Sequence record: PZ386953.1
DNA: 64,000 bases
Reading direction: 5' to 3' (one strand)
From: a phage
Shown here: piece by piece, positions 8,390 through 18,270 of the stretch
Numbering within the stretch: the stretch's first letter is position 1
How the letters are laid out: each line of letters starts with the position of its first letter
Made by a program: the position numbers and the translations under genes
The notes under the pieces: model-generated
Seen by the model: only the letters and a program-made list of their open reading frames with translations
Databases searched by the model: none
Told to the model about the DNA's origin: nothing

Positions 8390-8779
8390 ATGATTACCGC
8401 TCAATATTCTGATATCGTGCTCGGCAAAGTTGATTCTAGCGATGCTGGCTACAATTTTAAAGAGATGGAAATTACACTGACAGAGCACCATCATGCTGGC
8501 ACGGTTGTGACCAAAGATGGTAGCATTGCCAATCAGGACGGTTCAGACGCCTATGGCGTTCTGGTGGATCGTGCTTTAATTCCGGACGCTGCTGGTAAAG
8601 TACATATCGCTGAACCTCTTGGCACAAAGAAATATAAACTGGTTGTTGCTGTGCGTGGTGTTACTTTTGCCAAGGATAAATTGCTGGCAACTGGTGGTGC
8701 TAAAGCAGAACAGGCTGTGTTAGACAAGCTTGAGGCTCTGGGTAACAAGGTTCAGGTCCAGACTCTTGGTGAAGAGTAA
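8390..8779 (+). CDS. putative head decoration or auxiliary capsid protein
   Basis: 129-aa ORF between scaffold and major capsid gene, the lambda D-like position. Confidence 0.4.
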   Translation: MITAQYSDIVLGKVDSSDAGYNFKEMEITLTEHHHAGTVVTKDGSIANQDGSDAYGVLVDRALIPDAAGKVHIAEPLGTKKYKLVVAVRGVTFAKDKLLATGGAKAEQAVLDKLEALGNKVQVQTLGEE

Positions 8780-8827
8780 GCCCTAAATTGTTCGGGAAAA
8801 TATTTAAGTTTTACTTTGGAGAAATAA

Positions 8828-9835
8828 ATGATTACTCGTAAAGATGAATTTGGCATTGTTGATTTAGGTGCTACTCTGGACCTTGTTCCGCGCCAATTCC
8901 GACTGATTACTGGTATGGATCTGTTCGAAACCCGTCTCGGCACCTCAACGATTGCTCAGATCGAGCGTGTTGATGAAGTTGTAACCGACATTCCGGCACG
9001 CCGTCGTGGTGGTGAGCGTAATTACGTTGGTAGTGAACGTGCTCAGGTTAAAAACCTGAACATCCCGTTCTTCCCTCTGGACAAAGGCATCACCGCAGCA
9101 GATGTTCAGAACTTCCGTCGTTACTTCACCCCTGATGCTCCGAAAACTGTTCAGGACGTAGTAACCCGCGTTGTTCGCCGTATCCGTGTTTCTCATGAAG
9201 CACTGCGTGAGAAAGCGCTGTTCCAGGCTATTCTGGGTAAATCCTATGCACCAGGTGACACCACCTGTCAGTATGATTACTACACTCTGTGGGGTGTGTC
9301 CCAGAAATCTGTAGAAATTGATCCAGCGAAAGCAGATCAGGACCCGATGGAAGTTCTGGAAGACGCTCGTCTGCATATCGCCCTGCAAGCTGGTGACAAC
9401 GCTGCTGGCTACCGTATCGTGGCTCTGTGCTCTCCTGAGTTCTTCAGTGCAATCACTCACCACCCGCTGGTAGAACTGGCATACACCTACTACGGCTCTG
9501 CTCAGGAACCTCTGCGTCGTCGTCTGGGTGCTGGCGGTCAGGACAGCGTTTATCGTGTGTTCGAACATAAAGGTATCACCTTTATCGAAGATATCTCTGG
9601 CAATATCCCTAAGAAAGAAGCTCGCATTCTGCCGATGGGTATTGATCAGATGTTCCAGCTGCACTTTGCTCCGGCAGATGATGTTAACGAAGCAAATACC
9701 CCAGCACAGGAACTGTATATGTGGTATAAACACTCTGCATACCTGCGTGAAGAGAAGATTGAATCTGAAACTTCCATGCTGGCAGTTAACACCCGTCCAG
9801 AGCTGGTTGTTAAAGCAACTCTGAAAGGTGAATAA
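8828..9835 (+). CDS. major capsid protein
   Basis: 335-aa ORF at the lambda E-like position, GGAG SD, followed by a strong terminator. Confidence 0.75.
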   Translation: MITRKDEFGIVDLGATLDLVPRQFRLITGMDLFETRLGTSTIAQIERVDEVVTDIPARRRGGERNYVGSERAQVKNLNIPFFPLDKGITAADVQNFRRYFTPDAPKTVQDVVTRVVRRIRVSHEALREKALFQAILGKSYAPGDTTCQYDYYTLWGVSQKSVEIDPAKADQDPMEVLEDARLHIALQAGDNAAGYRIVALCSPEFFSAITHHPLVELAYTYYGSAQEPLRRRLGAGGQDSVYRVFEHKGITFIEDISGNIPKKEARILPMGIDQMFQLHFAPADDVNEANTPAQELYMWYKHSAYLREEKIESETSMLAVNTRPELVVKATLKGE

Positions 9836-9859
9836 TCACTAAGGTGATTCATCCCATAT

Positions 9860-9890
9860 GGGGAGGGGGTTCTCCCCTCCCCTTTTTATT
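9860..9890 (+). terminator. intrinsic terminator after capsid gene
   Basis: GGGGAGGGGG-TTCT-CCCCTCCCC hairpin followed by TTTTT. Confidence 0.7.
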
Positions 9891-9915
9891 TATTAGGGTT
9901 TAACAGGAGTGTCCC

Positions 9916-10761
9916 GTGAAGAGAGCCGTATATCCAGTTGAGTATGATCCGCTATTAAGAGTTTTCAACAATCAGTTAAGTTTTTATCAATTTTTAGCAC
10001 AATATAACCCAGAAATCAATGTTGGTTTATCAGCCCTGCTGCCACCAACAGAATTCGTTATTGGCAGTGTTCACTATCCATGTAGAACGATTGTAGACTT
10101 CTTTGAGAAGATTGCAAAACATACAGGCCTGCCAATTGATACTGGTATTTCAACTATCCGTATGGGTGTTATTCTTCTGTTCTTCACAGAGAACCTTGAT
10201 GAAAGCACTTTAACACTGCAAAGCGGGGATGTCAATATCACCCTCACCCCGTCAGTGTTTAAAGAGGTAGATGCTGCTTTCCAAGTTTCCGTGGCAGAGG
10301 GGCATCTATGGGACCCTGTAGGGATGCCTAAAAAAGTGACCATAAACGATGAGCAATGCAACATTGTTTATGAAGAAGATACCCAAACTTTCACCATTGA
10401 GTGGCCTAAGAAACGTTCTCAGGTTGTAAATCTTGGACTGGTTTCTACGATAGCTCCACCGCCTGAACCAGAACCGGAGCCGCCTGTAGGTCCTACTGAA
10501 CCTGGTGGTGACGGTGAAGAATCCCCAGATCCGGCTGCACCGGGAGGCACTGAGCAGGATCCTGAACAGGCACAAGAATCAAGATCTTCTCGCAGTGATA
10601 TTGATGCCATACTGCAGCAGGCCGCAGCTCTTAACAACGAAGATGACAAAAGTGGTTCAAAAGATGCACTCCAAACCTTCGCCAAAGAGCACGGTGTTAC
10701 CTTAAGTAAGGCAAAAACTTTCCAAAATATGATGAAAGATTTTGAGGCTGCACTGGCATAA
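9916..10761 (+). CDS. hypothetical virion protein with Pro/Glu-rich linker
   Basis: GTG start with AGGAG SD; low-complexity PPPEPEPEPP segment; head-tail joining region. Confidence 0.45.
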   Translation: MKRAVYPVEYDPLLRVFNNQLSFYQFLAQYNPEINVGLSALLPPTEFVIGSVHYPCRTIVDFFEKIAKHTGLPIDTGISTIRMGVILLFFTENLDESTLTLQSGDVNITLTPSVFKEVDAAFQVSVAEGHLWDPVGMPKKVTINDEQCNIVYEEDTQTFTIEWPKKRSQVVNLGLVSTIAPPPEPEPEPPVGPTEPGGDGEESPDPAAPGGTEQDPEQAQESRSSRSDIDAILQQAAALNNEDDKSGSKDALQTFAKEHGVTLSKAKTFQNMMKDFEAALA

Positions 10762-10770
10762 TTTTGTTAA

Positions 10771-10806
10771 GGCCCCTTCCAAATCAGGAATGGGGCTTTA
10801 TTTTTA
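10771..10806 (+). terminator. terminator-like hairpin with T tract
   Basis: GCCCCTTCC / GGAATGGGGC stem with one bulge, followed by TTTATTTTTAC. Confidence 0.45.
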
Positions 10807-10820
10807 CGAGGTATTTTCAA

Positions 10821-11441
10821 ATGGCATGGTATGAAGATGAAGAGATTATCCCGTCACCGCCTAACCATGATGGTGTAGTCGATACCCCAGAAGAACCACC
10901 AAAAGAAGATCCTGTACCTCCGGAACCTGATCCAGACCAACCTCTTATTAATATTATGAGGTTGTTGCTTGGCAATGTTGATGAGGAAACCCTCCCTGAT
11001 GAGGTAATTAAAACATTCCTTGACATGGAGAAGTTGAAACTAAATTATCCGGCAGATCCTGATAAGCTACCTCTACTTAAGTATAATGTGCTTGTGCAGC
11101 TTGTGCGGTGGCTGATGATGCAGGAAGTGTCCAGCGGTAATGCAAGTATAACTTCCCGTCTGGAAAAAATAGGTGATGAGACCATAGAGATTCGTGGTGG
11201 ATCTTCCTACGCCCAATGGAAGGATTTCCTTGATTGGCTGCTGGCACACCCAGACTATGTAGATTCTGAGCTAGATGCTTACAGCAGAATGATTATCATT
11301 GGTGGTGTTCGTGTAGACGAAGGAATTCGGGTTAAATTTAATGAAAACAGCAACGGACCGTTCGATGTCCAGGGGATTACACCTATCAGCGGTCTAAATA
11401 ACCAACCTCCTCGCCACCCAAGACGCAAACGCAGTTTTTAA
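10821..11441 (+). CDS. hypothetical protein (head-tail joining region)
   Basis: ATG 10821 in frame with track ORF 10764..11441, downstream of hairpin; Pro/Glu-rich N-terminus. Confidence 0.45.
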   Translation: MAWYEDEEIIPSPPNHDGVVDTPEEPPKEDPVPPEPDPDQPLINIMRLLLGNVDEETLPDEVIKTFLDMEKLKLNYPADPDKLPLLKYNVLVQLVRWLMMQEVSSGNASITSRLEKIGDETIEIRGGSSYAQWKDFLDWLLAHPDYVDSELDAYSRMIIIGGVRVDEGIRVKFNENSNGPFDVQGITPISGLNNQPPRHPRRKRSF

Positions 11442-11447
11442 AAATTG

Positions 11448-11476
11448 TTGCTTTTGATGTATCTTTGTGGTAAAAT
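11448..11476 (+). promoter_or_regulatory. sigma70-like promoter TTGCTT-17-TAAAAT with TGG extended -10
   Basis: -35 TTGCTT 11448-11453, spacer ending TGG, -10 TAAAAT 11471-11476. Confidence 0.45.
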
Positions 11477-11494
11477 ACATTAGTGAGGGATATA

Positions 11495-11959
11495 ATGCTA
11501 AAGGTTAAATGTCAAACAAGGTTCAACCTAAAGCGTTTAGATCGCTTCTACAAAGAACTTGTGAGACTTGAAAGTAAAACAATAACCTACGGCTTTTATG
11601 ACGAACCTCACCCGTCAGGCTTAAATATGGCAACATTGGCAGCCATTCACAACTTCGGTTGGAACGGGCTGCCTGTTCGCAATTTCATGGAGACAGCTTT
11701 TGCATTTCACAGCACTCAACTACAGACCTTGACAGAAAAATTGTTGAGAGCTATGGCTAGAGGATCAAGTGCAGAGGCTATTCTTAAGCAGATGGGGGAC
11801 ACAGGGGCCAAAGCTATCCAGTTTGTTATTGAGGCTGGTCAGTTTAGTAACCCTACTGTTAGTGAGCAGTGGGCACAAGAGAAGGGCTTCAACGAGGCTA
11901 TGCGGCATTACGATGTGCTGCTGGAATCTGCAACCTTTAAAATTGGACAGCAAAAATAA
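11495..11959 (+). CDS. putative head-tail connector/completion protein
   Basis: About 154-aa ORF (ATG 11495 after GAGGGA) between capsid and tail modules. Confidence 0.4.
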   Translation: MLKVKCQTRFNLKRLDRFYKELVRLESKTITYGFYDEPHPSGLNMATLAAIHNFGWNGLPVRNFMETAFAFHSTQLQTLTEKLLRAMARGSSAEAILKQMGDTGAKAIQFVIEAGQFSNPTVSEQWAQEKGFNEAMRHYDVLLESATFKIGQQK

Positions 11960-11968
11960 GGGGGTTGA

Positions 11969-12394
11969 GTGGCAGCAGGTTATAAGCTGATAGGAAAGAA
12001 CAGGCTAATACCCCGTAAAACATTCAAAGGTCGCCACAGAGTGTATAACAAAACAGTTGGTGGTCCTTTTGCTAACGAGGGGTTAGAACTTGAGTATGAA
12101 GAGTTTGATGTCTTAGAGTGTGTTGTGCAGCCGTTGACAGGAAGGGCAGCTAAAGATTACTCCTCTCAAATAAATCCAGAAGGTGACAGACAGTACGAGG
12201 CTTTTACAGTCTACTCCTCAACCAAGTTGTATAGTCCAGATGAAGGAACATATGCAATGGCTGATCAAATTCAGCTGCCTGACATCCGTGGTGACTTGAA
12301 ATGGTTTACCGTTTTAAAATGCGATGCATATGTTACCTCTGGTGGTGGGAGATATAGATTTTTTGTGGTAGAAGAGCCTGAAGGAGAAGACTGA
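11969..12394 (+). CDS. putative neck or tail completion protein
   Basis: 141-aa ORF, GTG start with AAGGGGG SD; position only. Confidence 0.4.
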   Translation: MAAGYKLIGKNRLIPRKTFKGRHRVYNKTVGGPFANEGLELEYEEFDVLECVVQPLTGRAAKDYSSQINPEGDRQYEAFTVYSSTKLYSPDEGTYAMADQIQLPDIRGDLKWFTVLKCDAYVTSGGGRYRFFVVEEPEGED

Positions 12395-12945
12395 TGGAAG
12401 CTTTCGAAAAAGTTTTTTCTGATCTTGAAACAACCATTGCTAAGCTTGTCAAGGTTGCCACAGGAAGAACTGTAGTTCTGGCAGAAAGCTCTACCATACC
12501 GAAGCCGGAAGGTGAGTTTGTGCTTTTACAAACCTTGGCGATCAATCCCACCACTTGGGAAGATAATGAGTTTCAAGATGCGGAGGGTAATGCTTACGTC
12601 ACCCACAGCTACACTGTTACTTATCTGTTAACAGCTTATCGTGGCAGGGCATATGCTGCACTTAGCAGAGTATTGCAAGCAATAAACCTTCCAATGTTTT
12701 ATGACAAGTATTTCCCTCTGGGATCGTGCTTTGCCTACTCTAACAATTCAACAATCTCACCTCAAAGAGTGCCGTTGAATAAGCAGACGTATGAAAATAG
12801 AGCCACTGTGATGCTGACATTTAACGTAAGGTTTGTTGAAACAGACATTGGGGCTTTTGAGGATCTTCAGGGAATTAAGGCTGAAATAACCACACACTTC
12901 CCTTCACCCAATTCTGGTAAAGCGGTTACAGACAGTGGTCAGTAA
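12394..12945 (+). CDS. putative tail completion/terminator protein
   Basis: 183-aa ORF whose start overlaps the upstream stop, directly before the major tail protein. Confidence 0.4.
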   Translation: MEAFEKVFSDLETTIAKLVKVATGRTVVLAESSTIPKPEGEFVLLQTLAINPTTWEDNEFQDAEGNAYVTHSYTVTYLLTAYRGRAYAALSRVLQAINLPMFYDKYFPLGSCFAYSNNSTISPQRVPLNKQTYENRATVMLTFNVRFVETDIGAFEDLQGIKAEITTHFPSPNSGKAVTDSGQ

Positions 12946-13017
12946 TCGTTATAATTGTGTAGTGTAATGATTACACTGCGTGTTTGATATCCGTGCACAG
13001 ATATTAAGAGGAAACAA

Positions 13018-14394
13018 ATGCCATATTTAGATAAAGTGGTAGATGTTACAGTTAACCTCGGAACCCAGCCTATTGACACTGTAGGTTTCGAAACTCCCCT
13101 GTTCATCGCTATCCACAACAACTTTACTGAGCGAGCTCGCGTATATGCAGAGCTGGATCAGATGGTGGAAGATGGTTTCGCACAAGGCTCTGCAGCGTAT
13201 GAGTTTGCAGCAAAAGCTTTTGGTGGTGTATTCCCTCCACAATACGTTATGATCGGCAGACAGGCCAAAGAAAAGACCACTGTAGATTTTAAAGGTATTG
13301 CTGCCGCAGCTGATACCGATGTCGTAATGACTATTGCAAAAGGTAGCTACAATACCTCTTTGATAGTCCCTATCTCTGGTGGAACAGCTGCAACTCAGAT
13401 TGCAGAGTCAATGAAGACTAAAATCGAAGCAGATGATAACTTGGACGATATCACTGTAGAGGCTTCTGAAGGTGTTCTCACCATCACTGGTGACTGTACT
13501 GTTGGTTACCATACTGGTAACTATACAATCAAAAATATCGCCAATGCTGAAAAACCTTCTACAGTAGTTGATAAGATCAATGCTGAGCGTGACAATTGGT
13601 ACTTCCTGTGCCATGAAGACCACACCGACATTGAAGCATGTGCTAAGTGGGCTCAGGCTAACTACAAGCTGCATGTCTACTCTACTGCAGAAGATGTGAC
13701 GGGTAAAGATAATAACATCGCCACCAAACTGAAAGCTGCACAATATGACAGTGTCGGCATGTACGATCCTCGTGCAGATAAGGACTTCCCGGAGGGTGGT
13801 ATCATAGGTGCTATGGCATCCAACGATCCGTCTTACGGCGACAGCTTGCACTTAAAACAGATGCCAGGTGTGATTGCACCGTCTCTGACTTTAACTCAGC
13901 GTATGGCTATTTGGGAAAACCACGTTAACTTCTACAGAATGATTAACGGTGTTGGTGCTTTCTGGGAAGGTAAGTGTGCTTCAGGTCAGTATGCAGACGC
14001 TATTCGTTTTGCACACTGGATCAAGTTCAGATCTGAAGAATCTATGTTTGGGTACATGCATCGTCGCTCCAACATGGGTTTAAGCATGAAGATGTCTGAT
14101 GATGATCTTCCGGTTATCAAGTCTGTCCTGATGAACAACCCAATCAACACTGGCATTAAGAATGGTGCGATCCTGACAGGTTTTGACGAAGACAACAATG
14201 TGTTCTACGACCCGATCATCACAGTTCCTAAACGTGCAGAGATTCCAACCAATCAGTTGGCTGCTCGTGTTCTGGAAGGTGTGAAAGTAGAACTGGTGTA
14301 TAACAACGCCCTGCACTTCGTTCGTATCCGGATCAACGTCCTTCTGGACAAAGTTGGTTCTAAATCCACCAATGCTGTTGCAATGACTGAATAA
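13018..14394 (+). CDS. major tail protein, sheath-sized (putative tail sheath; large tube protein not excluded)
   Basis: 458-aa ORF with AAGAGGA SD, directly upstream of a 157-aa tube-like gene, chaperones and tape measure. Confidence 0.5.
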   Translation: MPYLDKVVDVTVNLGTQPIDTVGFETPLFIAIHNNFTERARVYAELDQMVEDGFAQGSAAYEFAAKAFGGVFPPQYVMIGRQAKEKTTVDFKGIAAAADTDVVMTIAKGSYNTSLIVPISGGTAATQIAESMKTKIEADDNLDDITVEASEGVLTITGDCTVGYHTGNYTIKNIANAEKPSTVVDKINAERDNWYFLCHEDHTDIEACAKWAQANYKLHVYSTAEDVTGKDNNIATKLKAAQYDSVGMYDPRADKDFPEGGIIGAMASNDPSYGDSLHLKQMPGVIAPSLTLTQRMAIWENHVNFYRMINGVGAFWEGKCASGQYADAIRFAHWIKFRSEESMFGYMHRRSNMGLSMKMSDDDLPVIKSVLMNNPINTGIKNGAILTGFDEDNNVFYDPIITVPKRAEIPTNQLAARVLEGVKVELVYNNALHFVRIRINVLLDKVGSKSTNAVAMTE

Positions 14395-14404
14395 GGAAGA
14401 CTAG

Positions 14405-14878
14405 ATGGAAACTCAAATTTTAACTCCTTATGCTTATGATCCTAAAAAGGTCAAACTGTACCTGATGCAGCAGCGTGTCACTGGCTTCGCTGCTGACACC
14501 AAGATCGTTGTTTCAAGAAACGAAGACAACATCTACCCTCACGTTGGTGTGGATGGCGAAATGTCTGCGGCCCTGTCTCGTAACCAATCTGGTGTTATGA
14601 CTGTATCTTTGCAGAACACTTCTGTATGGAACGCTTACCTTTCTGACTGGCAGAAACAGGCATCGATTACTGGTCTGGTATTCTTCCCGGTTCTGCTGGA
14701 AGGTAGCCAGGGTCCTGGTATTTCCACAATCGGTTGGATCCAGAAACAGCCTGACCTGACTTACGGAACCGAAGTAGGTCAACTGGACTGGGATATCGGT
14801 ATTCTGGATGCATGGCTCAACCGTGATAACATCACTGGTGCTCTTACTGGCCTAGCAGGTCTTGCAGGTATTATCTAA
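14405..14878 (+). CDS. putative tail tube protein
   Basis: 157-aa ORF; C-terminal GQLDWD resembles the LQLDWD motif near the C-terminus of T4 gp19-type tube proteins (from memory). Confidence 0.5.
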   Translation: METQILTPYAYDPKKVKLYLMQQRVTGFAADTKIVVSRNEDNIYPHVGVDGEMSAALSRNQSGVMTVSLQNTSVWNAYLSDWQKQASITGLVFFPVLLEGSQGPGISTIGWIQKQPDLTYGTEVGQLDWDIGILDAWLNRDNITGALTGLAGLAGII

Positions 14879-14896
14879 GGGCACACTTTAGCATAA

Positions 14897-14926
14897 GCCT
14901 CACCTTCGGGTGGGGCTTTTTGCTTT
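14897..14926 (+). terminator. intrinsic terminator
   Basis: GCCTCACC-TTCG-GGTGGGGC hairpin followed by TTTTTGCTTTT. Confidence 0.65.
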
Positions 14927-14968
14927 TATGGTTTTGACACACGTTCTTGAATTGCTTGAAAGGTTAAA

Positions 14969-14997
14969 TTGACAATGCACCATAATCATGGTAAAAT
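14969..14997 (+). promoter_or_regulatory. sigma70-like promoter TTGACA-17-TAAAAT with TGG extended -10
   Basis: -35 TTGACA 14969-14974, spacer ending TGG, -10 TAAAAT 14992-14997. Confidence 0.55.
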
Positions 14998-15040
14998 ACA
15001 CAAATATGGTGCACAACATGACTAATAAGGATGCTATAAA

Positions 15041-15514
15041 ATGGCTATAAACTTTAGACCTACAACAGAGATTGATTTAGCAGGGCACAACTTTGTGATC
15101 ACCCACTGGGGACCGATGAAAGCAATGAAAAACATGCCTAAAATCGGTAAGATTGTGGCTGTCCCGCTAGGTGCTATCGGTGGATCTATTATCTCTGGTG
15201 GTCAGAATATGGCAGAGGTCCTTCCTACAGCTCTGGCTTACCTGTTCCAAGAACTTGATGATACCTCTATTGAAGAGCTATTTAAAATCTTGTTCGAAGA
15301 TATTACCGTAGATGGTGTGGATAAGCTTAACCCGGATGTTGTGTTTGCAGGGCATCTGCTGGAGATGATTAAGCTGGCAGGTAAGGTTCTGGAGGTTAAC
15401 TACGGCTGTTTTTTCACACAAGACGGTTTAGGAAGCCTTCTGGAGATGTTACAGCAGATGGGTATGATTCAGCAGGTGAACAACCTGGATCAGACTCCGG
15501 AAGAGCAGGAATAA
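15041..15514 (+). CDS. tail assembly chaperone (G-like)
   Basis: 157-aa acidic protein directly upstream of tape measure; contains slippery heptamer T_TTT_TTC at 15409-15415 in the zero frame. Confidence 0.6.
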   Translation: MAINFRPTTEIDLAGHNFVITHWGPMKAMKNMPKIGKIVAVPLGAIGGSIISGGQNMAEVLPTALAYLFQELDDTSIEELFKILFEDITVDGVDKLNPDVVFAGHLLEMIKLAGKVLEVNYGCFFTQDGLGSLLEMLQQMGMIQQVNNLDQTPEEQE

Positions 15515-15774
15515 GCAAGGTTGTTGTGAGGGCCAGTGAGTGGGCAGCCAAGAACAGTTCACTCAACTGGTTCGACTTTCTTTGGTGCAGGGTGCTCAAG
15601 AATTTCAAAGGGGAAAATTTTGAATCGCTAAATCTTGCAGATATGGCGTATTTCCTGAAGCTCTGTGAGTATCTTGATATCGAAGAATTCCTAGATACCG
15701 TCCAAAACAGGGAAATGGAGCGGGAGCAGAAGGCTGCCGCAGCTGCTGCGAAAGCTAAGCGCAGGAGAGGATAA
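15415..15774 (+). CDS. -1 frameshift extension of tail assembly chaperone (GT-like C-terminal part)
   Basis: The -1 frame is open from 15400 to 15774 and overlaps the G-like ORF; slippage at TTTTTTC would fuse about 125 aa of G to about 120 aa of this frame; track lists only its GTG-initiated part 15526..15774. Confidence 0.5.
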   Translation, partial: HTRRFRKPSGDVTADGYDSAGEQPGSDSGRAGISKVVVRASEWAAKNSSLNWFDFLWCRVLKNFKGENFESLNLADMAYFLKLCEYLDIEEFLDTVQNREMEREQKAAAAAAKAKRRRG

Positions 15775-15779
15775 TCTAA

Positions 15780-15816
15780 GGGCCGGATTCCTTTTCTGGG
15801 ATCTGGCCCTTTTTAT
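15780..15816 (+). terminator. terminator-like hairpin with T tract
   Basis: GGGCCGGA ... TCTGGCCC 8-bp stem with large loop, followed by TTTTTATT. Confidence 0.45.
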
Positions 15817-15828
15817 TATGAGGAAACC

Positions 15829-18165
15829 ATGGCTACAAACAAAATAGTTGCCACAACAGTCAACAAGATTGGCTTTGAGATAGAGAACTCCTCCTACAAA
15901 AAAGCTGTAGAGAAAATTCGCAGTATTGGGAGGGAGTTCAGGAAACTGGGCGAAGATTTTAACTCAGCCAACCCCATGAGCAGATGGCAGGCGGTAGCTG
16001 TTAAAACCCAGCAGACAATGCAGCGGGTTGCCAGACAGCAATCTCAGGCAAATGCCAAGCTGCACAGGGAGAGCGTAGCACAGGCCAAGAAAGAGGCTGC
16101 AGTAAGGGCTGCAATAGAACGTAGGGAGAATGCGAGACGTAAACAAGCTGTAGGTAATCTTACCGCTAAAAATCCAGAAATGGCTAGGATGCGTAAGTTC
16201 TACCAGCAGCAAGCTAAAGAGGCCAAAAAGGCTGCCAAATCTGCACCAGTATCTTACGGCGGTTATAAGGCACCTAAGGCAAGAGTTTTGGCTAATGCCA
16301 AAGCTTTCAAATATATTCCCGGTAACCCTAATATGGGTGGTGTGGCTTCCGACCCTAACCTTGTGAAAGCTCAGACAGCCGCTATGAATCGTTATCATAG
16401 ACAGCTAAGAAGAGACAGTAAAGCTGGTATGGATAATAGGCTTATGTCGGATCGTGAGGCAAGAAGAACCCACCTCTACAACTCCGCGATAAGACTTTCT
16501 GCCAAGTATGGGGCCGGATTCCGTGGAAGCTTGCCAGGATACTCAGAGTTAGAGTCTAGGTTTGCTCGCGGGGAGATGAAAAAGTCAACCTTTAACGCCC
16601 ACCTGTCAGCGCTGCAGTCTGGGTTTAAAAGCGCCACCAGCCAAACGCTTACACTAGGCGATGCCATGAGAGACTTACGTAGATCTGTTATTAATGCAAC
16701 AGCTGCGTATACAGCTTTTTCTGGATTTGCTGCGGTTAACAGATCCGGTCACATGATGGAGGGGGCAAGTGCTGCTCTTACTGCTGTTACTGGAGATCCA
16801 AACAAAGCCAACAGTGAGGTTGCGTTTGTCCAGCAAGAGGCTATGCGTCTTGGTTTTGATCTCAAATCTGGTCTTCAAGGTTACGCCCAGATGTCGGTAA
16901 ACGCCAAAAACCAGATGACAAATCAGGAAGTGCATGAGCTGTTTTCTGCATACTCCCAGTATGCTGCTGCTTATGGTGCCGATGAGGTAAAATACCAGCG
17001 CGGTATTATGGCAATCCAGCAAATGCTCGGTAAAGGGCAAGTAATGTCCGAAGAACTGAAGCAACAACTTGCTGAAGCATTGCCTGGTGCATACGAACCT
17101 TTTATCAAGGCCACCAAAGAGGCTTTTGGTCTTTCTGAACTCTCCATGGATCAGTTCATGGACATGATGAAGAAAGGTGAGGTTAAAACAGCCAAGATCA
17201 TGAAGTATGTGGCTAAGTACATGAACGAGGCATCTGCAGCTGGTTATGAAAGAATGCAGAAGTCTAACGTGCTGGCAGAAAACAGACTGAAAACCTTTAT
17301 CGAACTGACTCGTCAGAAACTGTTCACCCGTTGGTCTGACGAACTAACAGAGTTCTATTATACACTGATCCGCACAGGTGAGACTTTGCAATTTGTGTGG
17401 GATGCCTCTGGTGATTTTGTTAGCGGGTTTGTGAGAGGTCTTAACTGGGTAGTTGGTGAACTAAACAACACTATAGTCAAGATCCGCATGTTTTTCCTTG
17501 AATGGGGGATTAAATGGGGATTCATAACAGCTAAGACGAAGGAATATTCTGAAGAGCTTCATGACACCTTTAGTTATGCTAAATGGGCAGGGTTTGCTGC
17601 TGCCATCATGCTGGTAGTCAACGCCCTAACAAAAGGTTTTGTCATGGCATCCATGCTTGTAAAAACCTTTAAATTCCTTAACTCTCTAAGGGGTGCAGCT
17701 GGAGCAGCGGGTGCCGCTACTACAGAAGGGTCTGGTGGTGGAGCTCCGGCAGGAAAAGGTGGAGGTGGCCTCAAGACACCTGGTGGCAAAGTTGGTCTGC
17801 TCGGTAAGCTGGGCATTATCGGTACAATACTAAGCGCCGGGGAATTATTTAATGACCGTTACAACCCCCTAAGTGAAAGAAATCAGCAGCTGGATACTAT
17901 CAGCGATATGATTCGCAAAGATATCATATCGGGAGGTAACGGGTTTGTTAATCCTTTGGACACCTTGCCTGGCGGGACTCTTCCGTTGCCGGGTGGCCCT
18001 GGTTTTGCTTCTCAGTTAAGAACTATGGAAATGCTACCTTTAGAGATCAGTGATGGGAAAATCACGATTTCAATAGATGAGGGTGAGTTTAACAAAATAT
18101 TTGATGCAAAACTTGAGTGGGAGAACAATAAAGATATCAACTTCATGTCTACCGACCTTTGGTAA
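15829..18165 (+). CDS. tail tape measure protein
   Basis: 778-aa Ala/Lys/Gln-rich protein with Gly-rich segment, immediately after chaperone pair. Confidence 0.7.
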   Translation: MATNKIVATTVNKIGFEIENSSYKKAVEKIRSIGREFRKLGEDFNSANPMSRWQAVAVKTQQTMQRVARQQSQANAKLHRESVAQAKKEAAVRAAIERRENARRKQAVGNLTAKNPEMARMRKFYQQQAKEAKKAAKSAPVSYGGYKAPKARVLANAKAFKYIPGNPNMGGVASDPNLVKAQTAAMNRYHRQLRRDSKAGMDNRLMSDREARRTHLYNSAIRLSAKYGAGFRGSLPGYSELESRFARGEMKKSTFNAHLSALQSGFKSATSQTLTLGDAMRDLRRSVINATAAYTAFSGFAAVNRSGHMMEGASAALTAVTGDPNKANSEVAFVQQEAMRLGFDLKSGLQGYAQMSVNAKNQMTNQEVHELFSAYSQYAAAYGADEVKYQRGIMAIQQMLGKGQVMSEELKQQLAEALPGAYEPFIKATKEAFGLSELSMDQFMDMMKKGEVKTAKIMKYVAKYMNEASAAGYERMQKSNVLAENRLKTFIELTRQKLFTRWSDELTEFYYTLIRTGETLQFVWDASGDFVSGFVRGLNWVVGELNNTIVKIRMFFLEWGIKWGFITAKTKEYSEELHDTFSYAKWAGFAAAIMLVVNALTKGFVMASMLVKTFKFLNSLRGAAGAAGAATTEGSGGGAPAGKGGGGLKTPGGKVGLLGKLGIIGTILSAGELFNDRYNPLSERNQQLDTISDMIRKDIISGGNGFVNPLDTLPGGTLPLPGGPGFASQLRTMEMLPLEISDGKITISIDEGEFNKIFDAKLEWENNKDINFMSTDLW

Positions 18166-18175
18166 TAAACTGTGC

Positions 18176-18203
18176 AGGGGGGCTCCGGCCCCCTTTATTT
18201 TAT
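18176..18203 (+). terminator. intrinsic terminator after tape measure
   Basis: GGGGGGC-TCCG-GCCCCC hairpin followed by TTTATTTTAT. Confidence 0.65.
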
Positions 18204-18208
18204 CGGTG

Positions 18209-18237
18209 TTGTAAAAACGGCTATTTTATGATACAAT
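18209..18237 (+). promoter_or_regulatory. sigma70-like promoter TTGTAA-17-TACAAT
   Basis: -35 TTGTAA 18209-18214, 17-nt spacer, -10 TACAAT 18232-18237. Confidence 0.45.
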
Positions 18238-18270
18238 ATCTAGATGGTATCGGAGTGTCCTGGAGAGGTT

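Noticed and set aside
8945-9733. 262-aa minus-strand ORF antisense to the major capsid gene
   Set aside because: Lies entirely inside a well-supported plus-strand gene, no SD, no recognisable motifs; typical antisense open frame.
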